Source of the DNA: Podarcis muralis
Taxonomy: Eukaryota
Assembly (NCBI RefSeq): GCF_964188315.1
Contig: NC_135657.1
Coordinates: 99,634,001 to 99,698,000 of the forward strand
Direction: 5' to 3'
Length of the DNA stretch: 64,000 nucleotides
In this document: positions 48,601-59,131 of the stretch, one piece after another
How positions within the stretch are numbered: position 1 is the stretch's first letter
How the letters are laid out: each line of letters opens with the position of its first letter
Position numbers and translations under genes: made by a program
Notes under the pieces: generated by a model
The model's database searches: none
The model's input: the letters and a program-made list of their open reading frames with translations, nothing else
What the model was told of the DNA's origin: nothing

Positions 48601-49407
48601 TGCTTGAAAAACAAGGTACTGCTTATTAATGAACAGATAGATTGCTTTTCAAAATTCCTCCATCAAATGAGCATTTAAAAACTTTGTGATTTTAAACTTT
48701 TATCCTATGATAAAATAACTGCTTGGAATGACATAATCTTCAACACATGCACACAAAGCACTGCACACATATTGAAAGTAAAAATGGCCCTTGCCCCCAA
48801 GCTTGCAATGATACACATGATACAAAAGGAAAAAGGAATGGGGAGGGAAGAGGAAAGCAAACATTTGAAGCCAATAGATGGGGCCAGGCCCAGGGGTGGA
48901 GGAACCCTCTCTGGCACCTGGGGTGGCACAGCCTGTACAGCCTGTGCATGTGTGGCATCTCGTGCGTGTGCACTCCTTATGGAATGCCGCACATGCGCAG
49001 TCCATATGGGCTGCCACTCGCCCATGGCAACCATACGGACAGCGCACGAGAGCGGCAGCCCATATGTATGGCACACGCCCTCTGCCGCTCTACAGCTGAG
49101 GTGAGGCAGGGGCCATTTTGTCACCCCTGCCAGAGTGGCACCTGGGGCAGAACGCCCCCTCCCTCCCCCTTCCTACACTCCTGGCCAGGCCGGTCTTCTT
49201 CTCCCATATGTGAACTGCATTTTTTTGTAAGTCTATCTATGTTGGTACCTTTTTCTTAGAAGTGCTTCTTGTTTTTCAATCTAGGACTTCAAGGCAAGGG
49301 TAAGCAACATCTCCACAATTAAGAAATTCTTGGAGCCAGGCAGCCAGAGGAAATTTGAATTAGACAACAAGGCTCTTCAAGAGATCAGGAAGATTTTCAA
49401 CATCTGA
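42611..49407 (+). CDS. GSTA: Glutathione S-transferase alpha class, copy c (222 aa; closest paralogue of copy a)
   Basis: Exons 42611-42697, 43909-43960, 45325-45457, 46324-46465, 47055-47186, 49285-49407 (669 nt), all GT-AG. Starts [21 protein letters not shown] and ends [24 protein letters not shown] at about 50003-50008. Confidence 0.95.
43258..43454. mobile_element. Degenerate Tigger/mariner-type MITE
   Basis: cagttatacctcagaagttgaac...ttcgacttccaaggtacgactg-TA. Confidence 0.7.
44262..44405 (+). mobile_element. tRNA-derived SINE with CR1-like tail
   Basis: ggatagcttagttggttagagca...cccttccaactctacaattctatgat; related to 19483-19626. Confidence 0.7.
44582..44933 (+). mobile_element. Sauria SINE (GSTA-c intron 3)
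   Basis: 13-bp TSD TATACACACATGA (44569-44581, 44934-44946). Confidence 0.95.
45944..46135 (-). mobile_element. BovB 3' fragment (GSTA-c intron 4)
   Basis: Reverse complement of the 41747-42019 text with a (TTG)n tail; absent from GSTA-a intron 4. Confidence 0.85.
46632..46696 (+). mobile_element. 5'-truncated Sauria SINE (3' 65 bp only)
   Basis: gccgcaaccccagagtcg...tttacatttacctttt, flanked by the 10-bp TSD TACAACTCTC (46622-46631, 46697-46706). The empty site is present in GSTA-a intron 5. Confidence 0.85.
48891..49183. mobile_element. hAT MITE (GSTA-c intron 6)
   Basis: Imperfect TIRs CAGGGGTGGAGGA...TCCTACACTCCTG; 8-bp TSD GCCAGGCC (48883-48890, 49184-49191). Confidence 0.85.
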
Positions 49408-50827
49408 GAACATCTGCTATGATGATCACTACAAATACTGGCATGATTTTAACAAATCTGTGTGACTTCTCTTTTACTAGTTGGAGGATTAACAGTGTAG
49501 TCCTATTCATGTCTATTCAGCATTAGTTCCATTTGAATTCAGCGTAGCTTACTTCTGGGTAAATGTAGGTATAGGATTGGAGCCTAAATCCGTAAAATAG
49601 TATTTCCTCTTGGTTCCATAATCTCAAATGCTTTTGATTGCAAACTCATGAAAAATGTAGTAGATGAGAACTCTCTTGTGAAGATTCTGAGGCCTCCTTT
49701 AGATATTAGTCTAATGCAACCTTCCCAAACCTGGTATGAAACCTTCCAGGGGTTTTGGACTACAGCTCCCATCAGCCACAGCCAGCATGACCAGCAGTCA
49801 AAGAATGAAATTGCTAGAGCCAGCAAACATTTGATATTGTGCAAGGATTTTTTTCAGCCGGAACTCACTGGAACTGAGTTCCGCCATCTCTCTGGTGCAT
49901 TCCAGAGTTCAAGTGCTATGGAGCAGGGGATCACCATAATGGCACTGTGTAAATCCACAAAAGGAGATGATGATAATACTGTGTGATGGTACAATAAAAT
50001 GAAATAAAGCATTCTACAGCGTTTGTACTTCAGTGCCATGTACTTCAGTACTTGAGCTGTGAATAACATGTCTGTTCTGTCATGACTAGTTCCTGTTGTG
50101 CTTTGCGTAGATGTATTGGGATCTGTGTGGTCTGCTGGATTAGAGGCAAGCAAAAGATATCCTATTAACGTACTCCCTGCCAGAAAATGACCTGTTATCA
50201 TAGCCTTCTACAGCAATTAGACTGACCAGCCATAGCAGCAGTTCTTTACCAGTCCACCATGCTATCCTCAAGGAACGTTCTTCTCAGTTTCATGATTTGT
50301 CACAAATTTGTAAAAGCCAGACAACAAATATGTGATTTTCACTTGATCATCCGGATCAGGTATCTTACATAACAAATCAAGAATAATTTCTGGATTGCCT
50401 GTAGAAATCCAGTTTTGCATACCTTTAATTGTATTGATCTATTCTGCCCAACCCCCATCAAAAGGTGGGTGGGACCAACAGGGAAGCCCTGTGTATTTGA
50501 CCTTTTTCTGTATTTTGTGGCTAGCAGCTACAACCACAGACTGCAGTGGCCTCCTGCCCAGTTATACAAAGGTTTCAGTTGAATATACAGTACTAAGACC
50601 AGGAATGTTTGCCCTCAGTGCAGCTGTACAGATTTACAATAAACCGAGTTGCATCATGTTACGCAAGCGTGAGACAACCTTTCACATTGTGAATTAACTT
50701 TGAGTGACTGATTTGTTGTAGGTGAAATGTCTCACGAAAGGCAGAGTAAGTGTTTTTCTATTTGCAATAGTGAGTTTCTGCTACAGATAAGCTGTTCTCT
50801 CCTCTTGGAAGGTGGAGCTTCTGAGCT

Positions 50828-50910
50828 TTTATAACCCTGAGCCACACAAGTTCGGGGCTCTTTCTGCTTGAGAAGAACTTCCACTTGTTCAGGACTTGCA
50901 GCAGGTTAGT
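50828..50910 (+). promoter_or_regulatory. Candidate TATA box and non-coding exon 1 of GSTA-d
   Basis: TTTATAA at 50828-50834, followed about 70 nt later by CAG|GTTAGT (50905), the same donor hexamer predicted for the a and c first exons. Confidence 0.45.
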
Positions 50911-51933
50911 ATTCTAAGGTAAATGATTGCTTTGGAGAGTCATTGCTCAAGAGCAACACCCTGGACAGAGAAGTAGTGCAGGGACAATTTCCAAAGACCT
51001 CACCTCTGCCCAAAGGTTTTCTTCTTCTTACCCGCAGAGTACTAAAGGTTTGTGGGTTGGGGAGGGGGGCTACTGTAATCCTCAGAACAGAGACATTTCC
51101 CTTTGGACAGACCAAAGGCAGGAGTTCTAAAAATAAAATGGGGTTGGTCTTTGTTGCATCTCAGAGGAAAAAGAAATCTTGGGTAAGAATGGGAGAGAAA
51201 TTAGATTCATTTAAAAAATAGTAACTCACCAAATTTCATTTCCCAAAAACATAGCTATCCCTTGAAATTTGACTGCAGTTCTCCAGCCAAACAATGTGTA
51301 AAAACACATATGGTGAGGTATAATGTGCATATAAATGCATATATTATTGAAAGGAATGTAGAAAATGGGTGTGGTTATCCAGGGTTGAGGAAGGTGTAGA
51401 TGCCATCCAATTGTCTTAGGGACTCCAGTCTGGATTTGCTTAGGGTTTAATACTTAGCCTTTTCTTCTTCCTAAGATATCCCACAAGGCAATGGAGGTTT
51501 AGGGTCAGAGGCTACCTCCTCCTAGATGTGTTACCTTCCCAGATTGATGAGCCCCACCTGCCCCTCACTTCCCTCTACAGCATGTGCAGAAACCGCCTTC
51601 TTGACCCTTGGACCCACTGTTGGTCTCATCCCTCAACCTGCCCAGAGCCTGTCCTTGCGTAGAGGGGAGGTGCCTAACTCACATGGGTTTGAGACCCACC
51701 AGCTATCCTTACCTGGTTGAGCCAGCCAGTCAAAGAGGTGGTGCTTCAGATGTGATTCATCACTACAAAGTCCCATCATCCCTGGCGGCTGGCCATGCTG
51801 GAAAGCCATGTGCCTGAGGAGATGAGAGGCAGCTGATGGCAATGGCAATGGTACGAGTACGAGGGGGAAGTTACAATTTTGTGGCTCTGGGAACATGGAC
51901 CGTGGCTGTCCAAGAGGGGGTGATAGTCATAGA

Positions 51934-52075
51934 TCATGGGTAGGCAAACTAAGGCCCAGGGCCCGGATCCGGCCCAATTGCCTTCTAAATCCGGACCATG
52001 GATGGTCTGGGAATCAGCATGTTTTTACATGAGTAGAATGTGTCCTTTTATTTAAAATGGATCTCTGGGTTATTT
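51934..52075 (+). mobile_element. Left end of a truncated hAT element (Charlie-like)
   Basis: catgggtaggcaaactaaggcccagggcccggatccggccc...; no right TIR. Family assignment is from recognition. Confidence 0.65.
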
Positions 52076-52260
52076 GTGAGTGAGGTGCCTGCTTTATTTG
52101 TTAAAAAATAAACCAGAAGGCTTTAATATGAAATACTTCCTTGCTGTAAGCAATCACCAGAGCACCATTTTGAACAGTTGTCCTGGTTTCCCTATCAAAC
52201 ATGACCTCTCAATCTCTCTCTCTGTCTCTCATCATAACAGGAAAGCAAACACTTAGGAAC

Positions 52261-55200
52261 ATGGCTGGGAAACCTAAGCTTTACTACTTCAATGGAAGGG
52301 GCCGAATGGAAAGCATAAGGTGGCTGTTGGCTGCCGCAGGAGTCGAGGTTGGTTTGTCTTCAGAATTTCTCTGACAAAGCACCTTTGCCCCACCCCAAAA
52401 AAAGAATCAAGGGAACTGTTGTTTTTCCAGCATTCTTATATTTCAGACAGTTTCCAAATTTGGGTCCAGCATTATCATTTGTGAGTGAGGTGCCTGCTTC
52501 AGGCGGGGGATTTTATCTATCCTGGAAGGGGCAGCTAATTGATGAGTTATCTTCATTCATTATTATTGTACTTTTGCTGCTAAGTAGGGGAGGAGGAGAC
52601 ATGATTGTGTGGACAGGCGGAGTCACCCAAACCCTGGGCGGCCCCCGTGTGGAATAACGACTCAAGACAACGTGCTATGGGATTAAAATTGGCCATAACT
52701 TTATTATGTTTCAGATGTGGGTAGACCTTGGCTCAGGCATTGGACGTTTATCCCTCCCAGTCCCCCGCCAGGGATCTGGGGAACATCAGGGTTATCCAGT
52801 GGGGGGGGGGCTGGCTCTGGAGAACATATGTTCAAGCAGAGAGAGCCTGCCCCCATTACGCCGCCGTCGCAAGGAAAGCAATGACAACCTCCAGGCGTAC
52901 GGCCGAAGCCTCCCCTCAAACAACCCCTTTAACGGGGAACCCTGGTATCGCCGCTGCAAAGAGTAGGGGGGGGGGCATCACCGCTGAACGCCCCCCCCCC
53001 ATTTAGGGAAGATAGACTAAAGGATTCCGCCCAAGGCCTGATACTGCCAAAGTTGTGACGTTTTGATATAGGAAAGCAGAACATGCCAATGCAGGAGAAT
53101 TCCTTTCCGACCCTTCAACAGCGACCTTGACATAGTAGCACCTGCATACCTGTGAAGAAAAGGTTAACCTGCAAAAGAAGTCTTAACTGAGGGTGGGCAG
53201 AGTGGGAGAAGCTCTGGAGCCAACTGACAATTCCCATGTAAGATCTTCCCCCTACTGTGTGGGCAGGTGGTCCCTCCCCCTAACTGGCCTGATCACCTTG
53301 GCAACGCCTCCCCAGGCGGGATTGGGCAACTGGCTGAGGTAGGCAGAGACCTCCAGGTATCCCACCTGGGGAAGGCGAAGCCAAGCCTGTGCTAATGGTG
53401 CCACATAGGGTCCAGGGGGCTGCACGCGACCATGAAAAGGGTGCCCTCCCCCATTTAATGTGGGGAGCGGTCATTGTGGGATTTACTGCTTCAAGTGCTA
53501 AAATGATATGACTAGCCTGTAGTACTTGATTTGTGCATGGGAAACATTTGTTGTTTTGTCCCAGACAGAGAAGATTATTGGGTGGGCTGGCCCGGAATTC
53601 GGCTGTGAAAGGGGATTTTTCATTAAATTTTGAAAACTTGAAAGGCCCTGTGTCATTTTTGGAGCCTGAAATTATTTCATGAGACCCTTGAAATATTCTG
53701 CCTCTTTTATTTTTTAGTTTGAAGAGCAATTAATTGAGACAAAAGAATATCTAGAAAAATTAAAGCATGGTGAGTATGTTATCTGAGTATCAGTGGGACT
53801 GTCTTCTAGTACAGTAAAGCCTTATAGTCTTCATAGCAGGGGTTTTCAAAGTGGACTTGTTTCTCCAGTTCTGCATTATGCACACTTTCAGGCAGGAATA
53901 TGTGTCAATACACAGTTGTGATCTGGTTATATTGCCTTTCCCCCTCTTCTTTGAAAGAAAAGAGAGTTATTCAGATACCCACAACACATACCACTCAACT
54001 CTGCATTGTGCAGAATGGTTTGCTTGTTTTTTAGCTGGAGAACAGAAGTAGCTTAAATAACATACAAAACTAGTTTCCAATGTGTGATTGCTGTATTAAT
54101 TTAGCACATGTTCTGCAAAAGGGTTTTGAGGGAAAAGCAGAGGCAAACATGATTATCGCAAAGGCACAATGTAAAAGTAAAGTCTCAAAATCAAAGCATG
54201 GCTTGGGAGATGCTCCTGAAAATTTACTTTCCATAGTAATTACCTGGGAGGATGGACTGATTTCTCATCTTCCTTTCACAAGGTGGAGACCTGCTCTTTC
54301 AGCAAGTGCCCATGGTGGAAATGGATGGGATGAAGATGGTGCAGAGCCGAGCTATTCTCAACTACATTGCCGCCAAATACAATCTCTACGGGAAGGACGT
54401 GAAGCAGAGAGCACTGTAAAATTCCTCTGCGGTTGGTTACTAAATGCATACTTTGGTTGGCTGTACATGATATAAGATCATCTTTGGTCTGTCATATGAT
54501 CTACTGACGAGTTATGAGTCAGCATGTTTCATCTTGGGCAAGAAAGGGTCCAGTATGAGGTAATTTGACCTCCCAGTCCCAGCAAAGTTCATGTGGACTG
54601 GTTCCTTGGAAATCAATGAATTTTCATGTAATCCCAATAGGAGATTGGGAGGTCATTGTCCCTTCCCAATGTTTGGTTTGGGGGGGGGGGTTCTTGAGAA
54701 TGTATAAAATTGATTTTTGATATAAGGCTTTCCTTATAAAAGGTGTAGCTGGTGAAGATCACTATAATGTCAAGCAAATTATAGGGGCTTTTGTTGCATA
54801 GAGAGAGGCTCTTTCCAGGGAAAATGCCCTTTCTCCAACATACAGAATCATTGTACTTGTTTTTCTGCTGGGTCATCACACATTTTTGCCTGTGACATTA
54901 CTGCCCAATTCCCCCACAAGGTTTTGGCTCTGCATTATCATAATTAGTACTATTGCTGTTGCTGCTGCTACCACTACTGTTTTTCTTGTTTCAAATTTTT
55001 TTATTAAATTTTCCAAATTTTACACAACACAAAATAACAAAAAACAAAACATACAAAAAACAAAAACAAACATACATTAAAAACTTCTTACAGATAAAGA
55101 TCCAAATTACGTTCCATTATTGAGAGACTTCCTCAAATCCTTCCTAACTGATTTTCATTAAATCTCATTTTAGCAATTTTCCAATATCCACTTTCTAATA

Positions 55201-56612
55201 AAATTAACCTGTTCAAATTACTAATTTCCTTTCTTTCCATATTATTCTTAATCCATAATCTTATACAACCACTACTGTTTTTCTTATTATTATCTGAATA
55301 CGGGAGGAGGAAACACTTTCTCTTTCAAATAGGATTGATATGTATTGCGAAGGTGCTATGGATCTGAATGAATTGAAAAAGATGCTTTCCTTCAAGCCAG
55401 CTGACAGCAAGGAGAAGGAGTTTGCAAATGTTATTGAAAAAGCCACCACCAGATACTTTCCAGTCTTTGAAAAGGTATGGGGTGAAGGAAACTTACAAAC
55501 TTTTTAACACAACAAAGTCACCTATGCTCAGCTGGAGTTGGCAGCTGGTAATGTTGATAGGACTGCTTGGCTCATCAGAAATCATTTCCTTATTGCTTGT
55601 ATTTTCCAAGCTTCTGAGCTAAAAGTAAAAAAAGTAAAACAAAAAATTAGCTATGTGAGAGAAGATCAGGAATCACACACAGTGTTCGTTTACCATGTGA
55701 ACTCTGATCTCAGAATCTGCCCTGCCTCATTGAAACATGATAAGCAGTTGTTTGGGAAGAGGGAATGTAATGATCAAGCTTCTCTTTCTTAGCCAGCTGT
55801 TTGTTAGAAGACATGAATCAGAACTGATACAAGTACGCTCAATCTCCTGATACAATATAATCTGGACGCGTGATATTCAAAAGTGGTTCAGATATAGATT
55901 CTCCATTTTGTGTATGTACCTGAAGTACATTTCCTGCTCTATAGGTCCTCAAAGATCATGGACAAAATTACCTGGTAGGAAATCAGCTCAGCAGAGCAGA
56001 TATTCAATTGCTTGAAACCATTTTAATGGCAGAAGAGCTGAAGGCTGATATTCTCTCCAAATTCCCTCTTTTAAAGGTAAGCATGCTTACTGAAGCATAA
56101 GCAAAGTTCTAGTATGGCACTTTTATTCTTTGCATATCTAAAACACCATTGTCTCTGGATTTCTATTGCACAAAGTCTAAATCACACACAGGAGGCCCAC
56201 ATTCATGGATAAGCCTTCTGTGAATTAAATTTAGACACAAACAGGTAACCTACCTACGATTATAGACCTGCAATGTAGCTCGAATGTTGACCTCCCTCTC
56301 CAAAGGTGCATGCCTGAAATAATTGGGTTTAGCGTATGTACAAAGTTTGAGTACATATAAAGTTTATCACTTGTATTTTCATTATTGACTATGAAAGCAT
56401 AGTAACTGGTAAGCGGCAAATGATTATTTGGGGATGCCACCATTTCTCCTTTGCTCTACTAAAATATTTTGCTCACTCTCTCTCTCTCTTAGGCCTTTAA
56501 AGAGAGAATAAGCAACATCCCGACAGTGAAGAAATATCTGCAGCCTGGTAGTCAAAGAAGACCACCAGCAGATGAAAAGGCTATTGAAAAGGCAATGAAA
56601 ATTTTCGCCTGA
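52261..56612 (+). CDS. GSTA: Glutathione S-transferase alpha class, copy d (221 aa; GSTA1/2/3-like helix 9)
   Basis: Exons 52261-52347, 53718-53769, 54283-54415, 55333-55474, 55945-56076, 56493-56612 (666 nt), all GT-AG. Starts [21 protein letters not shown], contains LSRAD, and ends [24 protein letters not shown] at 56785-56790. Confidence 0.95.
52608..53405 (-). mobile_element. Unclassified LTR-like repeat, copy 2 (GSTA-d intron 2)
   Basis: TGTGG...CCACA termini; motif islands collinear with 35660-36370; AATAAA on the minus strand at 52705-52700. No TSD was found. Confidence 0.5.
54988..55267 (-). mobile_element. 5'-truncated L1-type insertion (GSTA-d intron 4)
   Basis: 18-bp TSD ACCACTACTGTTTTTCTT (54970-54987, 55268-55285); T-rich left edge. 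Confidence 0.82.
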
Positions 56613-56982
56613 ATCATGGCTGAGGATCACAGATGATGCACTATTGTATTCACAGGCAATGGGCGAAAACTGAAATGGGGCCACAATGGCACAGTGTAAA
56701 TCCACAAAGCTACAGTAGGAAGCAAAATAACTAACAGAACAAAAGGAAGTAGTGATAATACTGTGCTGCATTACACTAAAATGAAATAAAGCATTCTACA
56801 ACTTTTGTATTCTGGTTGTTTTAGTTCCAGTATGACGTCATTTACATTAATCTTAAACAGCAGGGGAACTCATAAGCAGCCTTGTCATACTTTTTGTTGT
56901 TGTTGTTGGAATTGGAGCTGACAACCGACAGTTTACACCTACTCTCACTCTCACACACATTTCAAAGTATAATATCCTAATA

Positions 56983-58446
56983 CAGTGGTACCTCGCAAGA
57001 CGAAATTAATTCGTTCCGTGAGTTTTTTCGTCTAGCGAATTTTTCATCTTGCGAATCACGGTTTCCCATAGGAATGCATTGAAAATCAATTAATGCGTTC
57101 CTATGGTCAAAAAAAGTCCAAACAAAGCCAAATTTGGTACAACAAGAGTTTATTAAGTGCTCTTTAAAGTCACACATACTGTAAAGAGCATTTCAAAAAT
57201 TGAAGGAACAATAAATTAAGTTTCTAAACATGACAGAAAAACATTTAAAAATCAACAAAGTGTACAGTACATTTTCTAAGACTCTGGGGGACAACTCGAA
57301 GAAGGTTCCTCTTCCACTCTTTGCTTCTTGCTGAAGAACCTGTCCATGGTCTGCTGCTTCATCCGCCTTTTCAGCACCTCCCTGAAAGGCGACATGACAT
57401 ATCAAAAGTGTTCACAAGGTCATGTGCCATGTGCTTGTCAGGGTGGTGCCGCTGTGCAAAAGCCTGCACATCCTTCCACTTCAGGGAAATGTCCCTCAGT
57501 TCTTTGGAGGACAGCCGTTCCTCAGTTGCTTCCTCCTCTTCCAGCGAGGCCTGCTCCTGCGCAGCCTCTGCCTGCAGTTCGACCAGCTCCTGGGTGGTCA
57601 GCTCGTGGTCGTGCTCCTCCACCAGCTTGCTGATGTCCTCCTCTGTGACCTCCAGGCCCATGGTCCTCCCCAAGGCAACAATGTCCTGCACCACTGTTGA
57701 CTCTGGTGCATCAGAGTCACTTGGTGCCACACAGTCCGGCCACAGGCTGCGCCAAGCGCAATTCAAATTTCTCTGGCTGATCCCGTTCCATGCCGTGGTG
57801 ATCATCTTCAAGCAGGTGACGATGTCGAAATGGTCCTTCCAGAATTCCCGCAGGGTGATGGTGGTGCAATCAGTCACCTCGAAGCATCGCCTGAAAAGCT
57901 CCCCCAGCCCCTTCCCAACTTTTGCAAACCCCTCCCCAACTGTTCCCCCAGCCCCTGCCCAACTGTTGCAAACCCCTCCCCAACTGTTCCCCCAGCCACC
58001 CAGCACACAGAAATTCAAATCCAGATTTTTTTAAAAAAAACAGCAGAGTGGCCCAATGGTCACAAAAAATCATAAAAATGCAGGAAAAAAACACACAAGC
58101 TTCCAGATTCTTGCAAACCCCTCCCCAACACCAAGTCCTTGAATTCCAAACACCCCAACCCAAAATCCAAAACCCCCCAAAAAAGTTTTAAAAGCTTAAC
58201 TTACCAAATGGCTGCAAAAGAAGTTTTGGAAAAGCTTCAAAAATCACCAAAGTCTTTAAAAACCTCAAAAAAGGCTACTATGTACACTGCGTTCTATGAG
58301 TTGCTCCTTGAAGTCAAGTCGCAACTGTATTAACGGTGTTAAGAAAAAGGAAACAAACTTGCAACACGTTTTCGTCTTGCGAAGCAAGCCCATAGGGAAA
58401 TTCGTCTTGCGAAGCAACTCAAAAACGGAAAACCCTTTCGTCTAGC
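56983..58446 (-). mobile_element. Internally deleted Tigger/pogo DNA transposon with a transposase remnant
   Basis: TA-CAGTGGTACCTCGCAAGACG left TIR. ORF 57371-58018 contains Tigger-like C-terminal text (TLREFWKDHFDIVTCLKMITTAWNGISQRNLNCAWRSLWP...ELTTQELVEL). The right subterminal repeats are present but the terminal TIR is missing. Confidence 0.88.
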
Positions 58447-58709
58447 TAACCTAGCAGTTCAAAAGCACACCAGTGCAAGTAGATAAATAGGTACCGCTAT
58501 GGCAGGGAAGTAAATGGCGTTTCCTTGCACTCTGGTTTCTGTCATGGTGTCGTGTCCCGTTGTGCCAGAAGCAGTTTAGTCATGCTGGCCACATGACCCG
58601 GAAAGCTGTCTCTGGACAAACGGCGGCTCTCTCGGCCTGAAGCAAGATGAGTGCCACACCCCATGGCCACCTTTGACTGGACTTAACCGTCCAGGGGTCC
58701 TTTACCTTT
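58447..58709 (+). mobile_element. Sauria SINE, 3' two-thirds
   Basis: taacctagcagttcaaaagcac...ggggtcctttaccttt, fused directly to the Tigger end. Confidence 0.88.
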
Positions 58710-59131
58710 AACTTTTGCTCTTCAGTAGAATCTAAAGGTGTTTCCAATAAACAAAAAGGCTTGACTTCACAGGCTCTTGGAATGAATGAAAGTAATAATC
58801 TATTCTGCCTGAGATATTTGGCTTCATGCCTCTGACACATTTTTATTTTATTTTAATATAATTATCTCTGCTTTCCTAGAGACTTTGTCCTCTGCTTTTG
58901 ATGAACCATTATAATAGATCAGGATTTCACTTTAAAGCATAGCTATATACTCCAGGGAAGCTATTTATTTCCATTATCCCAAGACTGTAGCATCCCCTCT
59001 GGACCTTCCTGGTCTCTGCTTGCTGGGCTCTAGGCATTTAAAGGTTAGCTGTGCAAGTAAGCTGTGTGTAGATCAAAATAACATCAGCTCCAGAGAGCAA
59101 TTTTCCTGCCTGGTTGAAGATAACCAACACT

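Noticed and set aside
48700-49259. Cluster of 100-170 aa ORFs on both strands
   Set aside because: They arise from a GC-rich hAT MITE and its flanks and show no protein-like motifs.
57321-58034. 237-aa plus-strand ORF
   Set aside because: It is the antisense shadow of the Tigger transposase remnant plus a C-rich tandem repeat, with no recognisable protein.
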